A stretch of 64,000 nucleotides of DNA from an uncultured Actinomycetota bacterium (GTDB lineage Bacteria; Actinomycetota; Humimicrobiia; Humimicrobiales; Humimicrobiaceae): contig CAZKVH010000002.1 in NCBI GenBank assembly GCA_964556165.1, positions 32,616-96,615 on the forward strand, given 5' to 3'. Shown piece after piece: positions 49,176 to 62,862 of this stretch. The notes beneath the pieces are model-generated. The model worked only from the letters and a program-made list of their open reading frames with translations. It searched no databases and was not told where the DNA came from. Made by a program: the position numbers and the translations under genes. Within the stretch, counting starts at the first letter, position 1. Every line of letters begins with the position of its first letter.

Positions 49176-49790
49176 TTGTTTTTAATCAGGTATAGTCAGG
49201 GGGTTACTATAATAGTATTAGGAGTTACGGGAAGAGTTGCTTCAGGTAAGAGTACAGTATCAAGTTATATAAAAAAAATAAGAAAAGGCACTCTGGTAAT
49301 TGATGTAGATAAAATGGCAAAAAGCATTTATTGCAGGAATCCGGAAGTTCTGGAGAGGCTTGGGGAACTTTTTGGTAAAGAAATATTCGATGAGAAAGGT
49401 AACCCGGTTTTTAAAAGACTCGCAGAAAAAGTATTCTCAGCTAAAAAGGAATTAATTAAATTGAATAATATAATGTTTCCATTGATAAAAAGAGAAGTTA
49501 AAGAAATCCTGAATAAAAATAACAGAATGAGGTATATCGTAATAGATGCAGCAGTTTTATTTGATTGTGAACTGGATGAATTCTGTAATTACATTATTGT
49601 TATCAAAAACTCAGTGAAAAGAAGAAAACTCTTTTTAAAAAATAGCGGTTATTCTGATGAAGAGATAAAATTAAGGATGGAAGGGCAGCACATAAAAATT
49701 AATGAAAATAAAACAGATTTTGTTATTGAAAATAATGGAACAAAAAAAAGCTTATTGCAGGGAGTGCGGGAAAGATTGAGAGGTATTTAA
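49176..49790 (+). CDS. coaE: Dephospho-CoA kinase
   Basis: The P-loop is VLGVTGRVASGKST. The true start is ambiguous: TTG 49176 has no RBS, whereas AGGGGG sits 5 nt upstream of an ATA codon next to the conserved N-terminus. Confidence 0.7.
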   Translation: MFLIRYSQGVTIIVLGVTGRVASGKSTVSSYIKKIRKGTLVIDVDKMAKSIYCRNPEVLERLGELFGKEIFDEKGNPVFKRLAEKVFSAKKELIKLNNIMFPLIKREVKEILNKNNRMRYIVIDAAVLFDCELDEFCNYIIVIKNSVKRRKLFLKNSGYSDEEIKLRMEGQHIKINENKTDFVIENNGTKKSLLQGVRERLRGI

Positions 49791-49857
49791 CTCTTTGTTA
49801 AAAAAACCGTGTTTATGAATAGTATTTTTTAAAATTATATCAGGAAAATTTAAGAAA

Positions 49858-51909
49858 ATGGCTGATACAAAATTCAATCTTGTATCGAATTACTCTCCTC
49901 AGGGAGACCAGAGCAATGCTATATATTATTTGACTGAAGGAATTGAAAAGGATTTTAAATTCCAGTGTCTTTTAGGTGTTACAGGCTCCGGTAAAACTTA
50001 TTCAATGGCTAATGTGATTAAGAATGTTCAGCTTCCCACTCTGGTAATTGCTCCCAATAAAACACTTGCAGCACAGCTATGCAATGAGTTCAAGGGATTT
50101 TTTCCGGATAACGCAGTGGAGTATTTTGTAAGTTATTACGATTATTATCAGCCTGAAGCATATTTACCTGGTAAGGATTTATATATAGAAAAAGATACTT
50201 CCATAAATGAAGAAATAGAAAAACTAAGACTATCGGCTACAAATTCTCTTTATACCCGTGATGATGTTATAGTGGTCGCAAGTGTTTCCTGTATTTATGG
50301 GCTGGGTTCTCCTTCCGAATATGGGAAACAGAGAATTATTCTGGAAAAAGGAGAAAATTTCCCGAGAGAAGATATAATAGATAGGCTGGTTAATATAAGA
50401 TATGAAAGAAATGACTATGATTTTATTAATGGGAAGTTCAGGGTTAAAGGCGATACTATCGAAATATTCCCTGCATATCAGGACAGAGCGATAAGAGTCC
50501 AGCTTTTTGGTGATGAACTCGAGAAAATCATAGAATTTAACCCGGTATCGGGTGAGATTTACGATGAAAAGGAAGTATGTATAATATCACCTGCAACACA
50601 TTTTCTTGCTACTGTGGAATGGGTTGAAAGAGCGCTCGGAACTATTGAAGAGGAACTTGATGAGCGGGTAGAATATTTTAAGCAGCAAAATAAATTATTG
50701 GAAGCACAGAGGCTGGAGTCGCGGACAAGATACGATATGGAAATGATTGCTGAGCTCGGTTTCTGCAGTGGTATAGAGAATTATTCAAGACATATACTGG
50801 GTAAATTACCCGGTGAACCGCCAAATACACTTCTGGATTTTTTCCCGGATGATTTTATGGTTATTATAGACGAATCGCATATTGCAATCCCACAAATAAG
50901 AGGAATGTACGAAGGGGACAGGTCAAGAAAACAGACTCTTGTTGATTATGGGTTCAGGCTTCCATCAGCTCTTGACAATAGACCGTTAAAGTTTGATGAG
51001 TTTGAAAAAAAGATTAAATGGGCGATATTTACATCGGCAACCCCAGGCCCTTATGAGAAAAGAGTAAGCAAACAGGTGGTGGAACAAATAATAAGACCTA
51101 CCGGACTGGTTGACCCCGAGATATTTGTTAGAAAAACAGCCGGACAGATTGACGATCTTATTTATGAAATACAGAAGGTCATAGAAAGAGGAGAAAGGGT
51201 TCTCGTGACCACTTTAACTAAAAAGATGGCCGAAGATTTAACTGATTATCTTGCCAGTAGAAAGATAAAAACGAGATATCTTCATTCAACCATTGAGACT
51301 CTTGAGAGAGTGGAGATATTAAGAGGACTGAGAACCGGAGAATTTGATGTGCTTGTTGGTATAAATCTTTTAAGGGAGGGGCTTGATCTTCCTGAGGTTT
51401 CTCTTGTTGCAATACTTGATGCAGATAAAGAAGGGTTCTTAAGGTCTGAAATATCTTTAATACAGACTATTGGCAGGGCAGCGAGGAATATCAATGGAAA
51501 AGTTATAATGTATGCGGACAATATAACTAATTCAATAAAAAATGCCCTGGAAGAAACTAATAGAAGAAGAGAAATGCAGATTGAATATAATGACAAGCAT
51601 AGCATTACTCCAAGCACTGTAAATAAAACTATATCAGACATATTATATAGAAAAGGGATAAAGTCAGCAAAAGAAACTAAGCTTGAATTAAAAGTCAGCG
51701 AAAAGAAGAAAGAATTTAATGATGATAAATTATTAGCAATGAACCCTTCTGATATTGCTGTAATAATCAGCGGCCTCGAAGAAGAAATGTATATTTATGC
51801 GAGGGAATTAAATTTTGAGAAGGCTGCTGTTATAAGAGATGAGATAAAAAGGATAAATAAAATAACAGGGATAAGTGTAGAAAAATTAAGAAAATGGAAG
51901 AAGAAATAA
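49858..51909 (+). CDS. uvrB: Excinuclease ABC subunit B
   Basis: 683 aa. Walker A is GVTGSGKT, with helicase motifs DESH and a QTIGRAAR-type motif VI. A C-terminal UvrB/UvrC interaction region is present. Confidence 0.9.
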   Translation: MADTKFNLVSNYSPQGDQSNAIYYLTEGIEKDFKFQCLLGVTGSGKTYSMANVIKNVQLPTLVIAPNKTLAAQLCNEFKGFFPDNAVEYFVSYYDYYQPEAYLPGKDLYIEKDTSINEEIEKLRLSATNSLYTRDDVIVVASVSCIYGLGSPSEYGKQRIILEKGENFPREDIIDRLVNIRYERNDYDFINGKFRVKGDTIEIFPAYQDRAIRVQLFGDELEKIIEFNPVSGEIYDEKEVCIISPATHFLATVEWVERALGTIEEELDERVEYFKQQNKLLEAQRLESRTRYDMEMIAELGFCSGIENYSRHILGKLPGEPPNTLLDFFPDDFMVIIDESHIAIPQIRGMYEGDRSRKQTLVDYGFRLPSALDNRPLKFDEFEKKIKWAIFTSATPGPYEKRVSKQVVEQIIRPTGLVDPEIFVRKTAGQIDDLIYEIQKVIERGERVLVTTLTKKMAEDLTDYLASRKIKTRYLHSTIETLERVEILRGLRTGEFDVLVGINLLREGLDLPEVSLVAILDADKEGFLRSEISLIQTIGRAARNINGKVIMYADNITNSIKNALEETNRRREMQIEYNDKHSITPSTVNKTISDILYRKGIKSAKETKLELKVSEKKKEFNDDKLLAMNPSDIAVIISGLEEEMYIYARELNFEKAAVIRDEIKRINKITGISVEKLRKWKKK

Positions 51910-54743
51910 TTATCAGAGGTGCCAGAGAGCACAATTTAAAAGGAATAAACTTAAGGATTCCAAGAAATAAATTCATTGTATTTACAGGTGTAAGCGGTTC
52001 GGGTAAATCATCACTGGCGTTTGATACCATTTATGCTGAAGGCCAGAGAAGGTATGTGGAATCTCTTTCTTCTTATGCAAGACAATTTCTCGGTCAGATG
52101 GAAAAACCTGATGTAGATATGATAGAGGGTCTTTCACCTGCAGTATCCATAAATCAGAAAGGCGTTTCCAAAAATCCCAGGTCCACTGTGGGTACCATTA
52201 CTGAAATATATGATTACCTGAGGGTTCTCTATGCAAGGATTGGAATTCCATATTGTCCTGTGTGTGGAAAGCGCATAACCAGGCAGACAGTGGACCAGAT
52301 GGTTGACAGGGTTATGGAATTGCCGGATGGGACAAAATTTCAGGTTCTTGCTCCTATTATAAGGGGTAGAAAAGGCGAATATATAAAAACTTTTGAGAAT
52401 ATAAAAAACAACGGTTACGCAAGAGTAAGGATAGATAGTGAAGTTTATGAGCTGGACGGTGACTTCGACTTTCAACTGGATAAAAACAAAAAACATGATA
52501 TAGAAATTGTAGTGGATAGATTAAAGGTGAAGCCCGAGATAAGGAAAAGACTTTCAGAAGATATTGAAATATCACTTAAGGAAAGCAGTGGCATTGCTTA
52601 TATTCAATTGATGGAATCAGGAAAAATAATGAGGTTTTCAGAGAATTTTTCCTGCGTTGAATGCGGAATAGATTTTGAAGAAATTACCCCAAGGATGTTT
52701 TCTTTTAATAGTCCTTATGGAGCCTGCAAGGAATGTGGTGGTCTGGGTATAAGTAAAGATATAGACCCGGATTTGATTGTGGAACACCCCGAATTAAGCA
52801 TAATGGATGGCGCTATTCCTTTTTTCAGAATGGGGTACTCAAACTATTATTCAAAGCTGATGGTAAGCCTTGCACGTGAATATAATTTTGACCTGAATAA
52901 GCCTTATAAAGAACTTGATGAGTCGATAAAGAAAACATTGCTGTATGGTTCCGATGGTAGAAAAATAAAAATCAGCTATATAAATCACAGGGGACAGCCG
53001 AGGCACTATTATTTAAAATTTGAGGGTCTTATAAATAATTTAAGCAGGAGATATCTTGAAACTGAATCCGAGGAACAGAGAGCTAAAATAGAGAAAATGA
53101 TAAGTAGCAGGCCATGTAAAGCATGCAATGGAAAGAGATTAAGACCCGAGAGTCTTGCAGTAAAGATTAATTCATTATCAATAGCAGATTTTTGTGAAAA
53201 GACAATTGAGGAAGAAATAAAATTCCTGGTGTCTCTTAAGTTATCCGAAAGAGAGAAATTAATCGGGGAGAGATTAATAAAGGAAATTATTGAAAGGTTA
53301 AATTTTTTAAAGGATGTGGGTCTTGGTTATCTTACTCTGGATAGGAAGTCAAGCACTTTGTCAGGAGGGGAATCTCAGAGAATAAGACTGGCTACCCAGA
53401 TAGGTTCCGGGCTTGTGGGAGTTTTATATATACTGGATGAACCAAGCATAGGTCTCCACCAGAGAGATAATAAAAAATTAATAGATGCCTTAAAAAGACT
53501 CAGGGATCTGGGTAATACGATAATAGTTATAGAGCATGACGAGGAAACCATCAGGAATGCCGATTTTGTAGTCGACATTGGCCCGGGTGCAGGGATACAT
53601 GGGGGGAAGATTGTTTTCAGTGGAAAAATAGATGGGATACTTAATTGTGGTGACTCTATTACGGGAAAATATTTAAGTGGTGAAAAATCTATACCAATCC
53701 CGGAAGAAAGAAGAAAGGGAAACGGAAAATATATAATTATTAAAGGAGCGAGGGAACATAATTTAAAAAACATAGATGTAAGGATTGATATCGGTAAATT
53801 TATAGCAGTAACTGGGGTTTCAGGCTCTGGTAAGAGTACGTTAATTAACGAGATTCTATATCCATCTATGTCTAATTTACTTATGAAGACAAGATATTAC
53901 ACCGGCAAGCATGATGGAATTCTTAATTATATGAATTTTGATAGAGTAATTGTTATTGACCAGTCACCGATAGGGAGAACACCCAGGTCTAATCCTGCGA
54001 CATATACAGGTGTCTTTACTTATATAAGAGAATTATTCTCAAAAACACATGATGCAAGGATGAGGGGATATAAGCCGGGAAGGTTTAGTTTTAACGTGAA
54101 GGGAGGAAGATGTGAATATTGCAATGGTGATGGATATATTAAGATAGAGATGCATTTTCTTCCGGATATTTATGTTCCATGCGAGGTTTGCAAGGGTAAG
54201 AGATTTAACCGGGAAACTCTCGAGATAAAATATAAAGGCAAAAATATTGATGATGTTTTAAATATGACTGTCGAGGAAGCGATGAATTTCTTTGAAAGTA
54301 TTCCTATGATAAGTAGAAAACTTAGGTTGATAAGTGAGGTAGGTCTTGGGTATATAAAACTGGGCCAGCCTTCGACTACTTTATCAGGTGGTGAGGCTCA
54401 AAGGGTAAAGCTTTCAACAGAACTTTCAAAAAAGAGTACGGGTAATACCCTATACCTGCTGGATGAGCCAACTACAGGTTTGCATTTTGATGATATAAGT
54501 AAGTTGATTTCGGTTCTGGAGAGATTGGTTGATGCAGGCAATACGGTGCTTGTGATAGAACATAATATGGAAGTGATAAAAAACGCTGATTATATTATTG
54601 ACCTCGGACCGGAAGGTGGCGATAAGGGAGGAAGGATTGTTGCCTGCGGAACTCCGGAGGAAGTAGCTGAGAATGAAAATTCATATACGGGTAAATTTAT
54701 AAAGATGTACATGGATAGAAAAATAGCGAGAGAAGCTTTATGA
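51894..54743 (+). CDS. uvrA: Excinuclease ABC subunit A
   Basis: 949 aa. Two ABC ATPase modules ([10 protein letters not shown] and [10 protein letters not shown]; LSGGE signatures) and zinc-finger Cys clusters are present. Confidence 0.9.
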   Translation: MEEEIIIRGAREHNLKGINLRIPRNKFIVFTGVSGSGKSSLAFDTIYAEGQRRYVESLSSYARQFLGQMEKPDVDMIEGLSPAVSINQKGVSKNPRSTVGTITEIYDYLRVLYARIGIPYCPVCGKRITRQTVDQMVDRVMELPDGTKFQVLAPIIRGRKGEYIKTFENIKNNGYARVRIDSEVYELDGDFDFQLDKNKKHDIEIVVDRLKVKPEIRKRLSEDIEISLKESSGIAYIQLMESGKIMRFSENFSCVECGIDFEEITPRMFSFNSPYGACKECGGLGISKDIDPDLIVEHPELSIMDGAIPFFRMGYSNYYSKLMVSLAREYNFDLNKPYKELDESIKKTLLYGSDGRKIKISYINHRGQPRHYYLKFEGLINNLSRRYLETESEEQRAKIEKMISSRPCKACNGKRLRPESLAVKINSLSIADFCEKTIEEEIKFLVSLKLSEREKLIGERLIKEIIERLNFLKDVGLGYLTLDRKSSTLSGGESQRIRLATQIGSGLVGVLYILDEPSIGLHQRDNKKLIDALKRLRDLGNTIIVIEHDEETIRNADFVVDIGPGAGIHGGKIVFSGKIDGILNCGDSITGKYLSGEKSIPIPEERRKGNGKYIIIKGAREHNLKNIDVRIDIGKFIAVTGVSGSGKSTLINEILYPSMSNLLMKTRYYTGKHDGILNYMNFDRVIVIDQSPIGRTPRSNPATYTGVFTYIRELFSKTHDARMRGYKPGRFSFNVKGGRCEYCNGDGYIKIEMHFLPDIYVPCEVCKGKRFNRETLEIKYKGKNIDDVLNMTVEEAMNFFESIPMISRKLRLISEVGLGYIKLGQPSTTLSGGEAQRVKLSTELSKKSTGNTLYLLDEPTTGLHFDDISKLISVLERLVDAGNTVLVIEHNMEVIKNADYIIDLGPEGGDKGGRIVACGTPEEVAENENSYTGKFIKMYMDRKIAREAL

Positions 54744-56647
54744 GAAATAATACGCTGGCAGTTAATAAAAAAAAGGATAAGGTAAGTAAAAAAGAATGGG
54801 AAATAAAGGAAATCTTAGAGATAATTCCCAGAAAACCCGGTGTATATATTTTTAAAGATTCTAATGATAGTATAATTTATATAGGAAAGGCAAAGAATCT
54901 ATTTAACAGGGTAAGAAGTTATTTTCATTACAAATCAAAATATTTATTATATTCAAAACCTCCGGACTTTGTAAACAAAATCCATTCAATAGATTATCTG
55001 GTTACAGATAATGAAACTGAAGCGCTGATACTTGAAAGTAGTCTTATTAAAAAAAACAAACCCAGATATAACATAGATTTAAAGGACGATAAAAGTTACC
55101 CCTTTATTGCAGTAACTGTTAATGAGGAGTTTCCGAGAGTTTTTTTGACGAGAAATAGGAATATCTCAGGTGCAAAATATTTTGGCCCGTATACAAATGC
55201 AAATGCCGTTAGAAAGACAGTTGAATATTTAAGAAAGGCTTTTAAGATAAGGGATTGCAAGAGGGCGCTTCCAGGAAGGGGAGCCGGCAAACCCTGTCTT
55301 AGCTATTATATTAATTTATGTTCAGCGCCATGTATTGGTAATATAAAAAAAGAAGAATATCGTAAGGATATTGAGCTAATAATTTTATTCTTGAAAGGAA
55401 AAAATAAAAATATTATTGATAGGTTGAATTACGAAATGGATAAGTATTCAGCAGAAATGGAATTTGAAAAGGCAGCAGATGTAAGGGATAAAATAGTTAA
55501 TATAAACAGGTTATGGGAAAACCAGAAGATTTTTTTTAAAGGCGGAAGTAAATGGGATTTTATAACTGTTGCAAAAGATCTGGATTATGCTGTTGTGAGT
55601 TTGTTTACTTACAGGGCAGGCGAACTTGTGCTGGTGAATAATTTTACTTTAGGCAATACAGATTATTTTGATGAAAAAGAGATATTATCTGCATTTGTAA
55701 GGGATTATTATGCCAATCTTGACGAAATTCCGGACAAAGTTTACTGTCAGGCTGAAGTTGAAAACTTAAAATTAATGGAAAAATGGTTAAGCAGGAAGGC
55801 GGGCAGAAAGGTCGGGATTATGGTCCCGAAAATTGGAGATAAAAAGAGAATAATGGAAATGGCATTAAAAAATTCAATCCTTTATATTGAGAAAAAAAAG
55901 TTTGAAAAAGGCAGAGAGAAAAGTGAAATTTACATAGAATCACTGAATTTAAAAAAATTACTAGGTCTGAAAAACATTCCACTAAAGATAGAATGTTATG
56001 ATATTTCTAATTTAAAAAGCTCATTTCCTGTAGGCTCTATTTCAGTTGCAGTGGGTGGTAAAATTTCTAACGATAAATTCAGGCATTTTAAAATAAAAAA
56101 TGTTGAGGGCCAGGATGATTGCAGGATGATTGCTGAAGTGGTAACAAGGCGGCTAAGGTATCTAAAGAATATTTCAGCTATGAAGGAAAATTTAAAAAAG
56201 GAAGATATTTTTTACCAGAAGCCGGATTTAATAGTAATTGATGGTGGAAAGGCTCAATATAACACAGTAAGAAATATATTAATTAAAGAACTGATAGAAG
56301 ATATAGATGTGATAAGTATCGCGAAGAAAGAGGAAGTTATTTTTTGCGATAAATATCCTGATGGAATGAAGCTTGATTTAAGGGAAAGCTATGTTAGGAT
56401 TTTAATTAAGGTAAGAGATGAAGCACACCGCTTTGCTGTTAAATATCACAGGCAATTAAGAGATAAAAATATGCTGAATTCAGTTTTTGATGGGATAAAA
56501 GGAATAGGAGAAAAGAAGAAGAGAATAATTATGGAAAGCAGCAATTCAATGGGGGAGTTAAAAAGTATGACCGTCAGGGATTTGACGGATATTAAAGGGA
56601 TTGGTTATAAAGATGCAGTTAAAATATATAGAAGTCTGCATGGTTAG
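54740..56647 (+). CDS. uvrC: Excinuclease ABC subunit C
   Basis: 635 aa. The N-terminal GIY-YIG domain reads [26 protein letters not shown] UvrBC-interaction region, an RNase-H-like endonuclease domain and a C-terminal HhH are present. It overlaps the uvrA stop by 4 nt. Confidence 0.85.
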   Translation: MRNNTLAVNKKKDKVSKKEWEIKEILEIIPRKPGVYIFKDSNDSIIYIGKAKNLFNRVRSYFHYKSKYLLYSKPPDFVNKIHSIDYLVTDNETEALILESSLIKKNKPRYNIDLKDDKSYPFIAVTVNEEFPRVFLTRNRNISGAKYFGPYTNANAVRKTVEYLRKAFKIRDCKRALPGRGAGKPCLSYYINLCSAPCIGNIKKEEYRKDIELIILFLKGKNKNIIDRLNYEMDKYSAEMEFEKAADVRDKIVNINRLWENQKIFFKGGSKWDFITVAKDLDYAVVSLFTYRAGELVLVNNFTLGNTDYFDEKEILSAFVRDYYANLDEIPDKVYCQAEVENLKLMEKWLSRKAGRKVGIMVPKIGDKKRIMEMALKNSILYIEKKKFEKGREKSEIYIESLNLKKLLGLKNIPLKIECYDISNLKSSFPVGSISVAVGGKISNDKFRHFKIKNVEGQDDCRMIAEVVTRRLRYLKNISAMKENLKKEDIFYQKPDLIVIDGGKAQYNTVRNILIKELIEDIDVISIAKKEEVIFCDKYPDGMKLDLRESYVRILIKVRDEAHRFAVKYHRQLRDKNMLNSVFDGIKGIGEKKKRIIMESSNSMGELKSMTVRDLTDIKGIGYKDAVKIYRSLHG

Positions 56648-56653
56648 AGGCAG

Positions 56654-57037
56654 GTGGTTTGTTTGTTAAGGTGGATACTGGACTGGGTTATTCTAACTTT
56701 TTCAATTTCAGTAGCGTCTTACTTTCTCCCTTTTATATATATCTCGGGCGAGGCTACATGGGAAAGGATAAAGATAGCTTTTATAGCCGGACTGGTGCTT
56801 GGATTATTTAATTTAATTGTAAAACCAATTATTAAGATTTTTTCACTTCCTATAAATATTTTAACTCTCGGACTTTTTAATATTATTATAAATGCCGGTA
56901 TGCTATGGCTTGTGGATTTAATTATTAAAGGGCTTGAAATTGAAGGGTTCTGGGGGTATGTATGGAGCTCTCTCGTTATTAGCATAATAAGCATAATTGT
57001 TTCAAAAGTAATATTTTATAAGGAAAAAAAACAGTAA
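56654..57037 (+). CDS. DUF360 / phage-holin-4_2-family small membrane protein (YvlD-like)
   Basis: 127 aa with four predicted TM segments and conserved blocks LGLFNLIVKPIIKIFSLPINILTLGLF and GFWGYVWSSLVISI. Confidence 0.6.
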   Translation: MVCLLRWILDWVILTFSISVASYFLPFIYISGEATWERIKIAFIAGLVLGLFNLIVKPIIKIFSLPINILTLGLFNIIINAGMLWLVDLIIKGLEIEGFWGYVWSSLVISIISIIVSKVIFYKEKKQ

Positions 57038-57081
57038 AAAGATTAAAATAGATATAAGATTGAAATGAATATTGATGCAAC

Positions 57082-57978
57082 ATGAATTTAAAGAAAGAAA
57101 AAATAAATAATGAAGTAAACGTTGTTATAATTACAGGGCTGTCAGGAGCAGGCAAGACTGAGGCTCTTAAGTATTTTGAGGACGCGGGATACTATTGTAT
57201 AGATAATCTGCCGGTGCATCTTTTACTGAATCTTATCGATTATTTTTCTATTGAAAACAGGGATATTAAAAATATTGCTTTTGCAATAGACCTGAGAAGC
57301 AGCAATTTTTTTGAAGAGATTTATAAAACTCTCGATGAGCTTGACAAAAGAAAAGTAAAATACAGAATTTTATTTCTGGAAGCTTCTAAAAGCGTGATAG
57401 TAAAAAGATATTCACTTACAAGAAGGAAACACCCACTGGTTAGAGACGGGAATCTTTCAGGCGGAATTGAAATTGAGATTGAAAAAATGAGTAGATTAAG
57501 AGACATGGCTGATGTAGTTATTGATACCTCATTATTAAATTCAAAGGAACTAAGAATTACCATAACAGACCGTATGATGAGCAATCTGGAAAAAAGCGCG
57601 TTAATGCAAATATCAATTAACTCCTTTGGTTATAAATACGGAGTTCCCGAGAATATGGATATTGTGATGGATGTCAGGTTTCTGCCCAATCCATTTTATG
57701 ATGAAGAGCTAAAGTATCTGGATGGAAAGAATAGCAAAGTTATAAAATTTGTATTATATAGAGATGAAACAAAAAAGTTTTTAAACATTTTTGAGAGGCT
57801 GCTGGATTTTCTAATACCAAACTATATAGCGGAAGGTAAAAGCTATCTGGGGATTGCCATAGGTTGTACCGGTGGCAGGCACAGGTCAGTAGTTATATCA
57901 GATGAATTATATGAGTATTTGAAATCAAAAGGATACTCTGTAAAATTGTATCATAGAGATATTGACAGGGAGGAGTAA
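57082..57978 (+). CDS. rapZ: RNase adapter protein RapZ (YvcJ-family P-loop NTPase)
   Basis: 298 aa. The motif VIITGLSGAGKTEALKYFEDAGYYCIDNLP is present, with the C-terminal region GCTGGRHRSV. Confidence 0.85.
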   Translation: MNLKKEKINNEVNVVIITGLSGAGKTEALKYFEDAGYYCIDNLPVHLLLNLIDYFSIENRDIKNIAFAIDLRSSNFFEEIYKTLDELDKRKVKYRILFLEASKSVIVKRYSLTRRKHPLVRDGNLSGGIEIEIEKMSRLRDMADVVIDTSLLNSKELRITITDRMMSNLEKSALMQISINSFGYKYGVPENMDIVMDVRFLPNPFYDEELKYLDGKNSKVIKFVLYRDETKKFLNIFERLLDFLIPNYIAEGKSYLGIAIGCTGGRHRSVVISDELYEYLKSKGYSVKLYHRDIDREE

Positions 57979-58176
57979 TTTTTTAATTTTTTATATGATG
58001 TGTTCAATCTTATATACCTAATTCTTATACCAATTATTTTTAATGGTAAATGTTCTTTAATGATTTAAATAAATTTGTTAAAATTACACGGTTTATATTT
58101 TAGTAAAAATGATTTATAGTATAATAAGTAACAACTTTGTAAATGCAAAAAATTTTAGAAAAGGAGAGATAAGTAA

Positions 58177-59190
<1,014 letters not shown>

Positions 59191-59216
59191 ATAACAGATT
59201 TGCTCGAAATGATAAA

Positions 59217-59249
59217 TAGCCGGGGTTTAAAAAAACCCCGGCTATTTAT
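59217..59249 (+). terminator. Strong hairpin TAGCCGGGGTTT-AAAA-AAACCCCGGCTA followed by TTTAT between gap and pgk (intra-operon terminator/attenuator)
   Basis: A perfect 12-bp stem is read directly from the sequence. It lies 27 nt after the gap stop and 25 nt before the pgk start. Confidence 0.6.
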
Positions 59250-59273
59250 AAAGTGAGGTTTTGGTGATTATAA

Positions 59274-60464
59274 ATGTTTAACAAAAAAACAATAGAAGAT
59301 ATTGAAGTAGGGAATAAAAGAGTGCTCGTAAGGGTTGATTACAATGTCCCTCTTGATAATGAAATGAATGTTACAGATGACACCAGGATAAGGTTATCTT
59401 TGCCAACAATTAAATATCTTCTGGGTAAAAACTCAAAAGTTATTTTAATGTCACATCTTGGAAGACCAGAGGGGATTGCTGAAGACAGGTTCAGGCTGGA
59501 CCCTGCAGCAAAAAGATTGATGGAATTGTTAGGCATAAGAGTTAAAAAATTTAATGAAGTTTATTCTGAAGAGATAAAAGATTACATAAATAATGAAATG
59601 CATTATGGTGAAATCGTAATGCTTGAGAATCTGAGATTTGATCCGGGTGAGAAAGAAAATGATGTTAAGTTCTCAAAATCGCTTGCCTCGCTGGCCGATG
59701 TTTATGTTAATGATGCATTTGGAGCTGCTCACAGAGCTCATGCATCCGTAGAAGGAATAACAGGGTATCTTCCTGCAGTAGCCGGTTATTTAATGAGAAA
59801 GGAAGTTGAAGTTCTTAACTCTCTTCTGGAATCGCCCGAGAGACCTTTTTTAACAATTCTTGGTGGAAGTAAGGTTTCGGACAAGATAAAGGTTATTAAA
59901 AATTTACTGGGGAAGGTTGATAGCCTTGTGATTGGCGGAGGAATGAGCTACACTTTCTTGAAAGCACAGGGATATGAAATAGGCAAATCGATTTGTGAGG
60001 ATGACCAGATTGATTTTGCAAGAGAGATGATTTTACTTGCAGAAAAAAATAACATTAAACTGGTATTGCCTGTTGATATAGTGGTTTCGAGAGAGTTTGA
60101 CAGTGAGGCTGATAAAAAACTTGTTTCAATACAGTCTATACCAATAGACTGGATGGGCATGGATATTGGAGAAAGAAGTATAGAGCTTTTTAGAAATGAA
60201 ATATTAGCTGCAAAGACTATATTCTGGAATGGTCCGGTTGGCGTTTTTGAGTGGGATAGATTTGCAAATGGAACTAAAAATATTGCTGGATTTGTTGCTG
60301 AAAGTCCTGCCATTACTGTAGCAGGCGGTGGAGATACACTGGCTGCATTAAAGAAATATAAAGTTACCTCAAAATTTACACATGTGTCAAGTGGCGGTGG
60401 CGCTGCTATGGAACTTCTTGAAGGTAAGGAATTACCAGGAGTGGCTTCTCTTTTAGATGCTTAG
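59274..60464 (+). CDS. pgk: Phosphoglycerate kinase
   Basis: 396 aa with motifs RVDYNVPLD, MSHLGRP and GGGDTLAAL. Confidence 0.9.
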   Translation: MFNKKTIEDIEVGNKRVLVRVDYNVPLDNEMNVTDDTRIRLSLPTIKYLLGKNSKVILMSHLGRPEGIAEDRFRLDPAAKRLMELLGIRVKKFNEVYSEEIKDYINNEMHYGEIVMLENLRFDPGEKENDVKFSKSLASLADVYVNDAFGAAHRAHASVEGITGYLPAVAGYLMRKEVEVLNSLLESPERPFLTILGGSKVSDKIKVIKNLLGKVDSLVIGGGMSYTFLKAQGYEIGKSICEDDQIDFAREMILLAEKNNIKLVLPVDIVVSREFDSEADKKLVSIQSIPIDWMGMDIGERSIELFRNEILAAKTIFWNGPVGVFEWDRFANGTKNIAGFVAESPAITVAGGGDTLAALKKYKVTSKFTHVSSGGGAAMELLEGKELPGVASLLDA

Positions 60465-60525
60465 AAGTAGAAAATTTAATTTAAAAAATGAAATAAGCGT
60501 AAATTAATATGAAAGGAATTATATT

Positions 60526-61281
60526 ATGAGGGTACCTTTTATAGCTGGAAACTGGAAAATGAATATGACTCACGTTCAGGCTGCTACTTTTATGCAGGAT
60601 CTAAAATATAAGTATAAGAATAAAAATGATTGTGAAGTTGCAGTCTTCCCTCCTTTTACCGCACTGAAGAGTGTTAAAACTATTATTGATTCGGATAACC
60701 TTGATATAAAACTAGGGGCACAAAACATGCATTACGAATCATATGGCGCATTTACTGGTGAAATTTCACCTGAGATGTTGAAACAGCTGGGTGTTGAATA
60801 CGTAATAATTGGTCATAGCGAGAGAAGACAATATTTTAACGATACAAATCAAATGGTTAACAAAAAGGTAAATGCGGCTTTTAAGAATAGTCTGAAGCCG
60901 GTTATGTGCATAGGTGAATCGCTGGAAATAAGGGAAAATGGTGAAGCAGAAGCTTTCGTAGTTAGCCAGTTACAGGAGTGTCTTGAGGGATTTGATAATG
61001 AGGATATTGTAAAAATCACAATAGCATATGAACCAATATGGGCAATTGGGACAGGAAGAACGGCAACAGCAAATGATGCAAATAATATGTGTATGAGTAT
61101 AAGAAAAAAAATAGAAGAGTTATATAACAAAGGTGTTTCTGATACCGTCAGGATTTTATATGGTGGTTCTGTAAAACCTTCAAATATAATGGAGCTAATG
61201 GATATGCCGGATATTGATGGAGCGCTGGTAGGTGGCGCAAGTTTAAAGGTGAATGACTTTGTAGAGATAATTAATTATTAG
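60526..61281 (+). CDS. tpiA: Triosephosphate isomerase
   Basis: 251 aa with motifs AGNWKMN, IGHSERR, AYEPIWAIGTG and GGASLK. Confidence 0.9.
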   Translation: MRVPFIAGNWKMNMTHVQAATFMQDLKYKYKNKNDCEVAVFPPFTALKSVKTIIDSDNLDIKLGAQNMHYESYGAFTGEISPEMLKQLGVEYVIIGHSERRQYFNDTNQMVNKKVNAAFKNSLKPVMCIGESLEIRENGEAEAFVVSQLQECLEGFDNEDIVKITIAYEPIWAIGTGRTATANDANNMCMSIRKKIEELYNKGVSDTVRILYGGSVKPSNIMELMDMPDIDGALVGGASLKVNDFVEIINY

Positions 61282-61302
61282 GATGAAACGAGAGAAAAAT
61301 TA

Positions 61303-62862
61303 ATGGAAAAGAAACATGAATTATTAAAACAAATATGTTTAATAATACTTGATGGGTGGGGTATATCGAGAAAGTTTATAGGTAATGCTGTAAGGATAGC
61401 TAAAACTCCAAATATGGACATTTATTATAAAAAATACCCGCATGTAAAATTAAAACCATTGGGGGAGGCGGTTGGTCTTCCTGAAGGTCAGATGGGTAAT
61501 TCTGAAGTGGGCCATCTTAATATAGGAGCGGGCAGAATTGTATATCAGGAATTTACCAGGATAAACAGAGAAATCAAAAATGGTAATTTTTATAAGAATA
61601 AAGCACTGATAGAAGCGATTAATAATGTTAAGAAAAGAAATAGCAGCCTCCATTTAATAGGGTTAGTATCGGATGGAGGTGTGCACAGTCATATAAATCA
61701 TCTCAGGGCTCTGGTTGACCTTGCTGCAACGAGTGGAGTAGAAAATCTATTCTTGCACGCATTTCTTGATGGTAGGGATGTACATCCAAGGAGTGCCCTG
61801 ACTTATCTAAATGAGCTGGATAGTTATTTGAAAGAGAAAGGTGTCGGTAAGATAGCTACGGTTAGTGGAAGGTACTATAGTATGGATAGAGATAACAGAT
61901 GGGATAGAACCAGGAAAAGTTATGATGCTATAGCACATAGAGAAGGTAAAAAATACGGCACAGCTGCAGAAGTTGTAAAAGCATCTTACAGCGAAGGCAT
62001 AGATGATGAATTTGTAATACCTGCTGTAGTAAATTGCAGAGATGAAGAGAGAGCTAAAGTGAATTCGGAAGATTCTATAATATTTTTTAACTTCAGGCCA
62101 GACAGGGCCCGCCAGCTAACAAGAGCTTTTATAACAGGTAAAGAATTTGATAAATTTGATAGAGGCAAAAAACCTCCTGAAGCCTACTTTTTATCCATGA
62201 CCCAGTATGATAAAGAGTTTAATATCCCTGTAGCTTTTCCACCTGCAAAGATAGTAAACACACTGGGCGAGGTTATATCAAGAAATAAGTTAAAACAGCT
62301 AAGAATTGCAGAAACAGAAAAATATGCTCATGTAACATTTTTTTTCAATGGAGGGATAGAGAAACCTTATGACGGCGAAGATAGGATACTTATTCCATCA
62401 CCCAAAGTTGCAACTTATGATTTGAAGCCTGAAATGAGCGCATATGAGATAACCGATACCGTGGTAGAAAAAATAAAATCGAAAAAATATAATGTAATTA
62501 TAATAAATTTTGCAAATCCTGATATGGTAGGACATACGGGTAGTTTGGAAGCTGCCGTAAAGGCGGTTGAAGCCGTCGACAGATGTGCTGGCAGGGTGGT
62601 TTCAGCATTAAATGAGAATGAAGGGCTTGCAATAATTACAGCTGATCATGGGAATGCAGATGAAATGATTAACACAAAAACTATGGAAGTCATAACCTCT
62701 CACTCCAAATCACCTGTGCCATTTATAGTTTGTGACTCAAAGGTCAGGTTAAAAAAAGATGATGGAAGTTTTAAGTTAGGAGATATAGCGCCAACCATGC
62801 TGGATATTTTAAAAATAAAAAAACCGGTTGAAATGACAGGAATATCACTTATATCTCATTAA
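61303..62862 (+). CDS. gpmI: 2,3-bisphosphoglycerate-independent phosphoglycerate mutase
   Basis: 519 aa with motifs LIILDGWG, GNSEVGHLNIGAGR and ITADHGNADEM. Confidence 0.9.
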   Translation: MEKKHELLKQICLIILDGWGISRKFIGNAVRIAKTPNMDIYYKKYPHVKLKPLGEAVGLPEGQMGNSEVGHLNIGAGRIVYQEFTRINREIKNGNFYKNKALIEAINNVKKRNSSLHLIGLVSDGGVHSHINHLRALVDLAATSGVENLFLHAFLDGRDVHPRSALTYLNELDSYLKEKGVGKIATVSGRYYSMDRDNRWDRTRKSYDAIAHREGKKYGTAAEVVKASYSEGIDDEFVIPAVVNCRDEERAKVNSEDSIIFFNFRPDRARQLTRAFITGKEFDKFDRGKKPPEAYFLSMTQYDKEFNIPVAFPPAKIVNTLGEVISRNKLKQLRIAETEKYAHVTFFFNGGIEKPYDGEDRILIPSPKVATYDLKPEMSAYEITDTVVEKIKSKKYNVIIINFANPDMVGHTGSLEAAVKAVEAVDRCAGRVVSALNENEGLAIITADHGNADEMINTKTMEVITSHSKSPVPFIVCDSKVRLKKDDGSFKLGDIAPTMLDILKIKKPVEMTGISLISH

